Source: Piedraia hortae CBS 480.64
Taxonomy: Eukaryota
Assembly (NCBI GenBank): GCA_010093745.1
Contig: MU005975.1
Span: 1-64,000, forward strand
Length of the DNA stretch: 64,000 bases
Direction of reading: 5' to 3'
Both the position numbers and the translations under genes were made by a program. Under the pieces are notes generated by a model. It saw only the letters and a program-made list of their open reading frames with translations, had not been told where the DNA came from and made no database searches. Shown here piece by piece: positions 51,586 to 62,268 of this stretch. Every line of letters starts with the position of its first letter. The first letter of the stretch is position 1.

Positions 51586-51960
51586 TTGTTTTTAATTTCA
51601 TGTCTATGGATGGGTCATAGCTCCTAACGAGCTTATGCCCGGACCCTAATGGGCGTTAGACGACGCGGGGTTGCACCACGCGCAAGATAACCCCACGCGT
51701 GGCCGACTCTTTCACTCCCCGTCCTCTCCTTCGGTCCCCGTCCTCTCCTTCGGTTCCCACCGACCGCACCTCTTCCACGTCGATTCTTCGGCCACTGGGG
51801 CCATCTTGGTTTCCGGTCAACTGCCTAGGGCAGATGTCCTCGTAGAACCTGGATTGCGCCGTATATTTGGCGAACAGTTTAGCCCCGGCCGCTGTGCCTA
51901 GGACCTGATCCAATGCGGTGCCTGGCGAGCCATTGTGCAGAATTTCCGTGAGCCAATCAA
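51586..51960 (-). mobile_element. 3' fragment of a Tad1-like LINE (ORF2 C-terminus, 3' UTR and A-rich tail)
   Basis: VLGTAAGAKLFAKYTAQSRFYEDICPR resembles fungal LINE ORF2 termini. The fragment ends in ...GACCCATCCATAGACATGAAATTAAAAACAA, and the same terminus recurs at 52202-52243 with a (CAA)n tail. Confidence 0.65.
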
Positions 51961-52243
51961 AGGGTGACGTCTTAAACTGTAAACTAGCGATCAATCACTA
52001 GCGTCCGGATATGTTCCACCAATCAAGATATTAGGTTGCTGCTGGCGTCATCTGTGAGATGAAGTCCCCGGGACCCCCCACCCACCGATGGGAGGATGGG
52101 TGGGATTTCCACTCTCCCTTCCCATCAGAGAGGGATGAAGAAAGGCCAACCAATGAAAGACGTGAGCAGTTTTAACCCGAAGACTTGTTGTTCTGTCTGA
52201 ATTGTTGTTGTTTGTTTTTCATTTCACATCTATGGATGGGTCA

Positions 52244-52602
52244 TGTAGAGATTTGGCTCTCGTGGGTGAGAGTGCACAGCGACCCGAAGAGGACGGAGCG
52301 ATAGACAGAATCAGGGACAGGAAAGATGTAGATGTATGTGAGTCAAATACCAGTTGCAGCATGGTAGTGTGAATGACTATTTTCAATAAGGGGACGTTCA
52401 GAATGAAAATTCTGTACCGGTGGGCCGGTGACGTCACGTCGTACACTAGCGGGGCGTAATCACCATGTCACATATGACATGACCCTGAGGGAAAACCTCT
52501 GTGAGGGAAAAACCTAGGGTGCAGCTGGTAGTGTAGGAGGTATCGCTGACTTGCTATGCAAGTGCCCTGCATACGCGCTAGCGGCGATGCTTGAATCCAA
52601 CA
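52244..52602 (-). mobile_element. Solo LTR, family B (359 bp), with TSD GGTCA/GATCA, inserted in a LINE 3' end
   Basis: The minus strand reads TGTTGG...CTACA. Flanks are GGTCA (52239-43) and GATCA (52603-07). The uninterrupted target sequence TCTATGGATGGGTCATAGCTCC is present at 51603-51624. Confidence 0.88.
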
Positions 52603-55388
52603 GATCATAGCTCCATGGGCGGTTCTCCACGAATCAATCAGAAACAAGCGTCTTAACTCTAAAACTGGTGTCGATCATTAGCTTCCGGAGATATTCTGCC
52701 AATGGAAGCGTCCACTTGCTCCCTACAATTTCTTAATTGTAGAAAGCGCAATTTCGCTGCTGACTCGTCACTTGGCAGATGATTCTGGTCAACTGTGAGA
52801 TGTAGCCTTCTCCACCTCGTCCCTTCACCGGTTGGAGTTTATGCCCCTTATCCTCGATGGGCCGAAAAAAGCCAGCCATTCAAACGGAGTCCTCCGAAAA
52901 AAGTGCGTCCGCCTAGTGTATCAGTCACCCGTGTACGGGCCACGGACGCACTACTACAGTAGATTTACTGTAGTAGAATCCTGCGAGGTAAATCTCAGAA
53001 TGGCCTGGCTATTACACGTAAGCAACCTTTCGATAGACCCAATGTAGGTAAGGCTTTTGTCACTTAATGCTTTTACATCTCCATCTCCTTTATAGGAGGA
53101 CGAACGCGGGCTCCTCCGCCCCGTTGCCACTAGTGGATGACCAGAAAGAATTGCGGCATACAAGAGACGCAATGGAGTGGAAATGATGGTTCAGTGAGAT
53201 GCCTGAACCAAGACGCTTTTGCGCCTGTCTGTACGCTCATCATCCTCCTCCTAGTCGGCTCCCACACTGGTGAGGGCTTTTCATCTCTCTGGGGATTATA
53301 CCCGAGTACTCATCTTACGTAGATGATAGGCGCTTGACCCCGTCTGTTATGATTCAACAGCGGGAAGAGTCATCATCCTGGGGAATGCGGTACCGATGGG
53401 ACGACTAAAACAGTAGCCACGGGAAGCAATCTTCCTATAGCATTAATGTCAACACAGGCCGTGAGGAGATCGAAGGTACGCGAGGAAGGAACCGTCCATC
53501 GTTCACGCACTAGTGAATACAAACAGGACTACATAGTCTTGCGTAGGTCCCTGCGACAGGTGTCGGCAGGTCTATGGCAGACCTTCCGCAGCTCTCCGTA
53601 GCTCTTGTCAGCGAAATACTCAAGCTTTCATTGTTTCGCTATAGACTTAATAGCCGATCATCTGCCTCCAATTGCATTTCTATGTTTCTCTACCTTCCCA
53701 CATGGGAACCTACTCTTGGACCTCCGGCGTACGCTTCCTTAAGGAGCTTGTTAGTGCCCGACACTTCCTTCCCTTCTTTATTGCCGTCGGTCATTGCTTG
53801 CGCGCATGTCGAGGCGTAATCGCCACACTCCACCCTGAGCTAATCAAGGTGAGGGTGACATGCCTTGTCGGTAAAGTTAGCATAACGCCTCCAGAGCAAT
53901 AACAGATACGTACTGCGCATGCTTGCCTAACCATAACAGAGAGCACAGAGAGCCAATTGCTTTCTGTGCTTCCGTTATAAGGTCCTCTGCAACCGGCATA
54001 GAGATCTCGTAGCATGGCTCTAATATATTTCTCATCCCCCCGTTGTCCCCTATAGACCAAGGCAATGACCAAGCCTCTTGCCGAAAGTGGTTCTCGTTGT
54101 CCCAGTGTGTGACATATAGTCGCTGACAAAACCACGGCCAGCAAGAGACTGTTGTTTATTGTTTACCAAATAATGAAGATGCCAGGCGACATTCTTCAAT
54201 GGCTTGAAAACGGGCGCGTTGAGGCGTCAAATGGTCAAGCCATGTCTGTACACGCGCTGGCCCACTTGGAGTCCACCTCGGCCAACACAAGTCCATACCC
54301 AATCCTATCTAGGACTTGGCCTGTACACATGCAATACGCCATGTTGGATGGCATGCAACAGAAGCGGCTCCATGCCTACTAGAGCCACAGCTCCACCCAG
54401 TTGAGACCCCATTGGGCATAAAATCGCGCAAGAGGGTTTGGAATGAAAGGGCGCAGTTGCACGCGCGAACGCCGTTTGAAAGGCTCAGTAGGTGATAGAC
54501 AAAGAGTCGCATTGAAGAGATAGTACTGCCAACGATATTGAATGACCAACGGCCGGACGGAAATGGAATGGGGTGTGAAGAAGGATGGAAGAGAGGGGTG
54601 ACTGGCTGCGCACAGATCACATTGCTCGCCGCAGGCCTGCGCAGCAAGATTCAAGGTTGGCAGGTCTCCGCAGATTTGTGCTAGACTGGCTGTGTAGACA
54701 GTTCCGGACGCACAATAACCCGGCAGTTCTGATATTCACCCTGCAGCACTCTACTACAATAAATGTACTGAAGTAGTGCGCAAACTAGTGCGTTCATGAT
54801 CCGTTCATGGGATGCGGACGCACTGGGTGGACGCACTTTTTTCTTTGACTCATTTAAAAATGAGCGATTTTAACCCCATGGTGCGTCTGAGGTATTTCCG
54901 CCAATAAGGGGCGTCCTTACAAACAGGTCTATAAGGATGACGATGACGAAGCTGGGTCATAGACTACTAGCTCACAAAACTGGTCATTGACAAAAGCTTT
55001 AGATGACTAATTGAGCAGCCAAAGTTCCATCTTCTCATGGCCATTGTGATGAGCTATATGCGGCAGCGAAGCCGTCGTGATTCTGGCCAATCATTGATGT
55101 ACCGTTGTTGCGCTGAAATAATGGTCTTGCATTCCATCTTTGCGTCAATCATAGAAGATTTGCAAACGAGGAATTTGGAGAATGAATAAGATTGCTATAT
55201 ATCTATCGAGAAAAAGAAAAGGTAGTGTAAACGATCGCCGGCCCTGACGATCAACCACCCCTGTTGACAACCATTCAAGATATGGATTCCAACAGCCTTC
55301 GCAATCGTGGTAGCAGCATTCATCATCATCGTCCGCCTCCAGATACCCCGCAAACCCCGTTCCCTTCTTCGACCAAGTCCGTATCGCA

Positions 55389-56162
55389 TCAGATGCCCAA
55401 AACCTGACATTCAACAGGCCGTTTCGAGAAATTGTTCTGCTTCCGGAACAATTCCCCAGCCCCCCGAAACAGTCGCGAAGACTTGCCATTGGAGTTTTCT
55501 CGTTCAGCTTCCTGGTGCCTCTTATGAACCGTGCCCTCGCAGACGCTACCGCATTGGACGTTTCTACTACCTGGACCACGCCCGCGCCATTTTCGCAAAA
55601 CCCCTGTTCTATTACTTGCTGGTAGCTTAACCTCGCTATCCGATTCTGCCTTTTCGCCATTGCCGCCAACATGGTACTCGATGCAATCGAAGAATTCTTC
55701 GTCTCCACTGTCTGTTGCCTGCACGACGCTTGTCTCCGCGAGTACTGTCGAGAGGAAGCTCTCACCACAGTCATGGAATTCATCGGAGTTGTTGTCCTCG
55801 CCGCGGATCCGGCTCAACAAGTGGTCAATGTACCTCTGCCGATCTTGCAGGATCGTGCTGCAGCGGAGCTCGTCTTGCTCTGTGTTGGGGTTGTTTGCCA
55901 ATGATAAGGTCGTTAAGAAATCGTCGCTTGCTTTGGTATCAATGTTGATGGGGCGGGTGGTGGGCGTTATCGAGCGTGATGCGCTATAACTCCCGGAGCA
56001 GGCAGGAGATGTGTTGTCGAGTCTTTCTTGGTTTGGGCCATTCTGGCGGGATGCCTCTTGCTCTTCGGGGGTCTTGTCTCCGCACTTGAATTTCGTGAAC
56101 GAATTTTTGATTGATGAGAGTTTCGCTTTAAGGCACTTGCAGTACTTCCCGAGGGAAGGCAT
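55389..56162 (-). CDS. Hypothetical protein with two FFAT-like motifs
   Basis: A 257-aa ATG-initiated ORF containing DNNSDEFHDCGE and DSGDEEFFDCIE. Confidence 0.55.
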   Translation of the reverse strand: MPSLGKYCKCLKAKLSSIKNSFTKFKCGDKTPEEQEASRQNGPNQERLDNTSPACSGSYSASRSITPTTRPINIDTKASDDFLTTLSLANNPNTEQDELRCSTILQDRQRYIDHLLSRIRGEDNNSDEFHDCGESFLSTVLAETSVVQATDSGDEEFFDCIEYHVGGNGEKAESDSEVKLPASNRTGVLRKWRGRGPGSRNVQCGSVCEGTVHKRHQEAERENSNGKSSRLFRGAGELFRKQNNFSKRPVECQVLGI

Positions 56163-56959
56163 GTCTGTTGCTCGAAGAAGTGGATACGGAAGGACGAGGT
56201 CATGATGAAGTGTTATTATTGTGCTACACGTGGAGGAGTAACGACACGTTCACAGCTGGTGCAGTTTTACTCTTTCCTGTGGGCATTCACTGGACATTGT
56301 TTTCGAGGAGGGTGCAGATATGTGGGGTCGAGTGATAGCCACACAGAGAGTGTTTACGTAAGAGGGTTTAGAAGTTTACCTGGGATAGCATAGAGACTAG
56401 CAGGTAAGATTGATTTGGCTAACTACTTTGGGCCTAGCGCCCGGGTGGTTTGGCGGAGGAAAGGTTGTAGAGGCCCCACCGGTCTGCCTTTGATTGGCTC
56501 AATGATTGCCCGAAAAGTCTTGACAAAATTGACCTTATGTGTGCATTCCCACGACACTGTGCTAAATCGTGACCAAGAACACACAACAACCTACACGGAA
56601 ATCCTCTACATTGTGTGAGACTCGGAGAATGCTTTTATGCCGAAGTCGCCGAAGGAAACAAGTCATGCGTCCCTAACACAGAAGCGTTCAAGCAATTGGA
56701 AAAAATAATGGCTCTTATCCTTCTAAAACGAATCGGATCGCACCCCAACTCAGCTCAGTTGTGACTCGTAAGGGTCAGAGCAGCACAGATTGTTCCTATG
56801 ACTCTTGGACCCGACGGGCTGGTACTTGACACGATGGCCCAAGCAGGAAAAGTTTTACCACTCAAAGTCTGGATTCTCAAATTTTCCCCAACACCACAAC
56901 TTCCACAATTCTCAGAAAGTCCACGATAACCACTTGCGTGAACATCATACAAACCTGTC

Positions 56960-58105
56960 ATGAAGTTGAAAGGAAAGTGCGTAAAACCTTTCAATGCCTC
57001 TCGTTGCACATTGTGGCGTGTGTATGGCGCAGTGAAAGCTCATGGTAAAAATTGTTTGGCGTCGAGTTCATCCAGCGACTTGCCTCCATGCCGCAAACGC
57101 CGAGTCCTTTACCACTATCCAAGCGAAGATAACTCACGTGTTGCATTCTTGCCAAGATCGATGCAAGCTAGCAGGACCATTACATCCACACAGGGAAAGT
57201 TTGGGCCCTGCTCCGCTTTGCCTAGCCTTCCCACAATCCAGGAGGAAACCGAAGAAGAGCTGCTGGGGCTTGAAAATGAGCACTTGGAACCCTTCCAGCC
57301 CAGCCATACATCCTTATTCTGTCAAAACAACAGGCGCTGTTCAGATATCCCCACCAATCAGGAAGAAAGCATAGGAGAGATATCAGCTTCTGACAACGGG
57401 AAGTTGGATATTGTCCTTCCCATTTGTGCACCGGCGTCCAACCAAGTCAACCATCCTCATCCTGAGACTTCCAGCATCTGGGCAAGTACATCATTAAAAC
57501 TTACGAAGTTCGACAATCAATGGTCGGCCTCCGTTACGCCAGCGTCAAACCCAAATCACGAGCATCCTTCTAAACCTTCGGGCCAGTTGCCAAGTACGCC
57601 AACCATATTGGAAGATACCTCTGAGGAGGAGAATCAGCAATTGATCATCACCCCTCGATGCAACACCACGGCGTTCGATCCAGCTGAGGAAAATCGTTTT
57701 GAACATACCGTCCGGCCTCCCAGACTGCCAAGCAACCCGGAGGCATCCCCTTTTGAGCCGTCTGACATCGAGGGCCAGCAGTCAACTGCAACCGACCCTG
57801 ACTGCATTCCTGTGTCAAACCTAACCTGTGGACGACATCCTGTACGCGTACTTGAGTCCTTAAGACTAACATCCAACCTTGGCGGGACAGGATTGCAGAA
57901 GCTTAAGTTCGGTACTCTGCAACCAATCCTTGCTGCTTCAAAAGATACACCGGCAATGAACATAAGTGACGAGCACTTATTCGAACATGGCAATACCGTC
58001 GTTAAGCTTGTGGTGACGCTGTTCGAAACGATGATCTGGTTCATGCAGCGACTAATTGAGCTCATGGCTGGCGGAGGGGGCCAAGACAGTCAACGACGGA
58101 ATTGA
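56960..58105 (+). CDS. Hypothetical disordered protein with degenerate ~41-aa repeats
   Basis: A 381-aa ATG-initiated Ser/Pro/Glu-rich ORF with recurring LPSLPTIQEET / SDIPTNQEES / LPSTPTILEDT and a hydrophobic C-terminal helix. Confidence 0.55.
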   Translation: MKLKGKCVKPFNASRCTLWRVYGAVKAHGKNCLASSSSSDLPPCRKRRVLYHYPSEDNSRVAFLPRSMQASRTITSTQGKFGPCSALPSLPTIQEETEEELLGLENEHLEPFQPSHTSLFCQNNRRCSDIPTNQEESIGEISASDNGKLDIVLPICAPASNQVNHPHPETSSIWASTSLKLTKFDNQWSASVTPASNPNHEHPSKPSGQLPSTPTILEDTSEEENQQLIITPRCNTTAFDPAEENRFEHTVRPPRLPSNPEASPFEPSDIEGQQSTATDPDCIPVSNLTCGRHPVRVLESLRLTSNLGGTGLQKLKFGTLQPILAASKDTPAMNISDEHLFEHGNTVVKLVVTLFETMIWFMQRLIELMAGGGGQDSQRRN

Positions 58106-58901
58106 TGAGCAGGCCGATTAAGAGAGTGATGGCATCCATATGCTGTAGCTGTTGTAGGTAGATGTCGTAGACAGATAGACGAGACGGTCACTTCATTGAT
58201 CAGTCAAAGCTACGAATAGCAGTTCGGAGTGTCGATCTCACTTGATGTCTGTTTTGCAGCTTGCGCTTCATGTGCATCGCCTTCTTTTATACAGCGCCCT
58301 GTGTGCCCCTGGTCTGGTGCTTGTGTGAGTTGTACAGACTTACTTTGGCAGTGGGGCAAGGCTTTGGGGTTAATGATAAGAGTACTCAGCTGACATGATA
58401 TGATAGTAATCAACAAGGATGTTGTCAGAATGATGTGGAACCCACCATAACCAGAACCCTAGATTGAAGTCGAAACTTTTCAGGGTTTTTACCTCTACAG
58501 AGGAATTATTCCCTGGGACCGGTCATTGTCTCGTTCATGCTTAAAGGCATGGTTCGCTGACATTGTCCTGGCGAATGCGATCAGACTGAGGTAGTGTGGA
58601 GAAGGTTTCAAACCTCACCTCACATAAAGATAGACATCTACATTCACCTTTTGGTTAGAGTTGAGTGCACACATTTGTCTCTGATCTACGTTCCGCTATA
58701 GACCCTCGGAAGTTAACCCTTCCGACAGATGCTCTGCAGTTTGAGGAGTGCCACTTCGTATCGGCTGGTGCATGGATAACCCGGTTTAGTCGCACAAAAA
58801 CTAACAATAAACATTGACTTGGCTTGAAAGGTTTCAATTGGGACAAGGAAATTTTCAAGTCTTTCTTTCTTTTGATGTTATGTACGAATAGATCCATCAA
58901 C

Positions 58902-60884
58902 CTACGGACCGGGCGCGAGGCACCCCGCTCTCTGCAATTCATCAAAAGTCTCCAAATCATTTTTCGCCCTCTGTGCAGCCAAATCATCCCAGTCCACTGT
59001 CCGGTCTTGCGACTCTAGTGGCATTGTGAATTTTTGCTCCTTCACAATGCGACCAATGTCCTTGACCGTAGCCATAGGTTCGTGCAATGTTGCGTATTCG
59101 ATAACCTGCGTCAGGATTCCGCGGTCCTCGCCACTAGGCGCGATCGTGACACCTCGCGCCATGGCGGCGAGCGGATAAGTGCCGAGATTATTGTAATCTT
59201 TATGCCGAGCGAGGATATGGCCGACATGATATCGCGTCAAGCCACCATGATAGTTCTCCGGCCTCATCAAGGCATTCTTTATAGCTGGGACCATAAACCC
59301 GGAGTCAGGGCCGTGGTACGTCTCGTAATTTTTGCGATGCTGTCTGCGCATTTTGTTGTAGACACGTTCCACGGACTCATGCGTTAGACGGCCGCGATGG
59401 TAGAGCGCGATACGTGCCATGAACTTGTCACCAATCCCATGAGCGCGAAAGCGCAAGTTAAGCTCAGGAATCATCTCCATGTGCGTTGGAAGATAGCATG
59501 CAATTTCGCGGAGGCCTAACTCCATGGCCGGAAGAGCAGCCTTGATCGGCGTCGCATCTCGTAGATCAGTGTTCCACGTTGTGATTCGCGAATTATTGTG
59601 TATGTTCAAGATGAAGTCCGGGTTTGGATGGTAGTTGAACTCTGGTGCAACTGGACAACTCGTTATTGCGCATGCGGGTCCAGTTGGCAGTTCAAACGAA
59701 TGCGTCCATGCTGGTATCGATGTCGCAGTCGGAGCCATTGAGCGACTTGCACTTACGATCTCTTCAATGGTTGGAGGACGATCGTTTGTGGAGCGCGACT
59801 CCCAGTCGGCCACTGTGATGTTGACGAACCTTGTTCCAAGAGCGGCGGGTGCGGGGAGTTGTTCCTGGTAAGTAGCCGGAGCAGCACAATCTCTTTGTGC
59901 ACTAGGACTATACTCAACAGTTGAGGACTGCTGCTGTATTACATCCATCATGATACCGTTAAATCCGGTGTCAAAAGTTGAGGTCACATCGTCCTGTGGG
60001 TCAGCCATTTCCACAACAGTGAAATGGTTCCCGGAGGCTCGTCCAGATTTATTCGTCGTTGACTGCGAATTTCCTTGATCCACAACGGGGTTTTCAAGCC
60101 CCGTACCGTCAACCGGGGCTTTGCTCACCGGTGTTTGATCGGCAGCCGGAGTGCCACGGTTAACATCGACATCGTTCGGTGGTGAAGATGTCCTGAATCC
60201 CGCTCTGATGAACATGTTCTTTAGCTCACCCAATACCTTCTTCTCGAAGGCTTCCGGATTGACCGGCAGTACACCCAGTTGTGGATGAATCATGAAGTCT
60301 GAGTTTCTCCGATAATAATCCATGTGAGCTGCATCGGACTCTCTGAACCATTCAGCGAGCTCCAACTGCCTCTGATATGACTCATTTCCCTGTAGACCAT
60401 CCCCCGGGTTGAAATGAAAGGATTGCGACGTTTTCATATTGTCTTGAAAAGTAGGTCGCGCGTCCATACTGAGCTTAAAAGGAGGCGTCATGGCCGGATT
60501 GCGTGGAAAAGACGGCGTCTTCCTAGTGGTCGTCCGATCCTCATTAAAGGTGTGTTCCGACAGAGGAGCACTGGCAAAATGTCTAGTCGGGGCATCTATC
60601 GGGTCCATATAGACTTTGGGCGAGGTCGCCGCCATGAATGATGCCATTTGCGAAGATCGACTCTGCGAGAGAGTTGCTAACTTCGGCTGCCAAAATCCCC
60701 GAGGGGTAGGAAGAGTGGTGGAGAAACTGTCCTGGCCGGTCGACAGTTGGCCTGAGTCTTCAACAACGCGAGCAAACGCTAACTCCTCGGGACGATCTGG
60801 ATGCTTGCCTTTTTGATGTCTGTTAACAGAGGAGCGATGGAGAAATCTTCGATCGCAGATACTGCAGAAATATTCCGGGGTCAT
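58902..60884 (-). CDS. Hypothetical protein with a single N-terminal C2H2 zinc finger and a globular C-terminal domain
   Basis: A 660-aa intronless ORF. YFCSICDRRFLHRSSVNRHQKGKH is a canonical C2H2 finger, followed by a disordered middle and a helical C-terminal region (LREIACYLPTH...PELNLRF...GEDRGILTQVIEYA). Confidence 0.8.
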   Translation of the reverse strand: MTPEYFCSICDRRFLHRSSVNRHQKGKHPDRPEELAFARVVEDSGQLSTGQDSFSTTLPTPRGFWQPKLATLSQSRSSQMASFMAATSPKVYMDPIDAPTRHFASAPLSEHTFNEDRTTTRKTPSFPRNPAMTPPFKLSMDARPTFQDNMKTSQSFHFNPGDGLQGNESYQRQLELAEWFRESDAAHMDYYRRNSDFMIHPQLGVLPVNPEAFEKKVLGELKNMFIRAGFRTSSPPNDVDVNRGTPAADQTPVSKAPVDGTGLENPVVDQGNSQSTTNKSGRASGNHFTVVEMADPQDDVTSTFDTGFNGIMMDVIQQQSSTVEYSPSAQRDCAAPATYQEQLPAPAALGTRFVNITVADWESRSTNDRPPTIEEIVSASRSMAPTATSIPAWTHSFELPTGPACAITSCPVAPEFNYHPNPDFILNIHNNSRITTWNTDLRDATPIKAALPAMELGLREIACYLPTHMEMIPELNLRFRAHGIGDKFMARIALYHRGRLTHESVERVYNKMRRQHRKNYETYHGPDSGFMVPAIKNALMRPENYHGGLTRYHVGHILARHKDYNNLGTYPLAAMARGVTIAPSGEDRGILTQVIEYATLHEPMATVKDIGRIVKEQKFTMPLESQDRTVDWDDLAAQRAKNDLETFDELQRAGCLAPGP

Positions 60885-62230
60885 AACTCTGGGCGATGTT
60901 GATCTGGAAGAGCTTCCAAAAAGTGTTTATATATCTAGTCACCCGTAACGACACAGAGCTGGTACCAATCATAGTTACATAGAACAATGTGGATTTCCTG
61001 GCACTCCTTTGAATGTTTGTTGACATTGACGCGCAGTGAGTATCAGTATCCATGTCATTCACTCAATATCATTCACTTTACGCTGAATACTTGAAATAAG
61101 AAGGCCATTGAATCATAGAATCGCAAAAAGGATGTTTGAACATATTTGATAGCTCTTTTTGTTAATTACTTGTATACAATGAATTGTTCGATATTCATGG
61201 TAAGCCATAATAATTTATTATCATTCCCAGTAACAACACTCGCAATCTTTCATACGCACACGAGGTGTTACTCTGAAAGCAATGCTCGACGTTCGTACCC
61301 GCATCTTGACACATGCTCTGCGGCATGGCCCTAAAACATCCCAAGATTTTCAGCAGTACTTGCTTGAAGAGAAACATAAGTCGTGCAAGCTATGAGCAGT
61401 GCAAGAACTCACAAGACATGTCCAATCTCGCCCATGACAACAGTTCTCAAGTCCTGTGGTATGACGACTTTGTCGGCCCTCTTGCAAAGAAAACTCCCAA
61501 GCCCCCAAGGGAGAAGGCTATGCCGGCCAGCTGGCAGTCTCAGGCTTTGAAGTCTCCCAAGACAGCGCCAAGTCCCCAGCTGGTGCGCAAAAGGCAAAAT
61601 TAGAGCCAGTTTTCTCATCCGACTTCAAACGCCAGCCCAGCAAGCTGCCAAACTTCCTAGAGAATTCGCAAACACAGCAGAGTGAAGCAAAGCCAATTGC
61701 CAGCGTGGCAAGCAAGCCAAAACACTATTGGCACTATCGACGTGCCTTCATATGAACAGAGTTCCGATTCTCAGAGGAAAAGGTTCAATAAGTCCAAACA
61801 ACGAGGACAATCTGAACTGCTATCTACTGGGAAACTAGGATACTTATAAACCAATCCAGACGCGCCAGTCATATGTACGTAGTAGTGAGCAAAGCTATGA
61901 ATAACAAGCATAGTGTGTCGGCGTATCAGATTTCCTGTGCGCTTAGACGGCGCGAGCCATCCTGTGCGCTCTCACAGTCTCGTTGTAACACTGCCTCGAT
62001 CGTAGCCGGCGACGAGGTCCACCTGTACGTTGTGCCGGCTACGAGCCTGTCTATGCTACGCCATTTGGCAGAGCCGAGAGACATGGCGTTAAAAAAAATA
62101 ATATTACATAACTACCTTGATCACTATTGCCGCGCGATTACTCGAATAAAGAGAAGCTATAGAACCTCCATAGCGGATCCAGAGTGTAATGAGATCGAAG
62201 ACTGCACCCTTCAAACCTCCATGCAAAGAG

Positions 62231-62268
62231 CCCCGCATACGCGCTAGCGGCGATGCTTGACTCCAACA
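62231..62268 (-). repeat. Terminal fragment of LTR family B
   Basis: GCATACGCGCTAGCGGCGATGCTTGA.TCCAACA is shared with 52569-52602. Confidence 0.75.

Noticed and set aside
52060..52190. Hairpin-rich segment considered as a hammerhead ribozyme
   Set aside because: The minus strand has CTGATGG rather than CTGANGA and no stem II before GAAA.
55389..58105. Divergent orphan pair as a mating-type locus or toxin-antidote pair
   Set aside because: No HMG-box or alpha-box, no APN2/SLA2 neighbours and no recognisable toxin domain.
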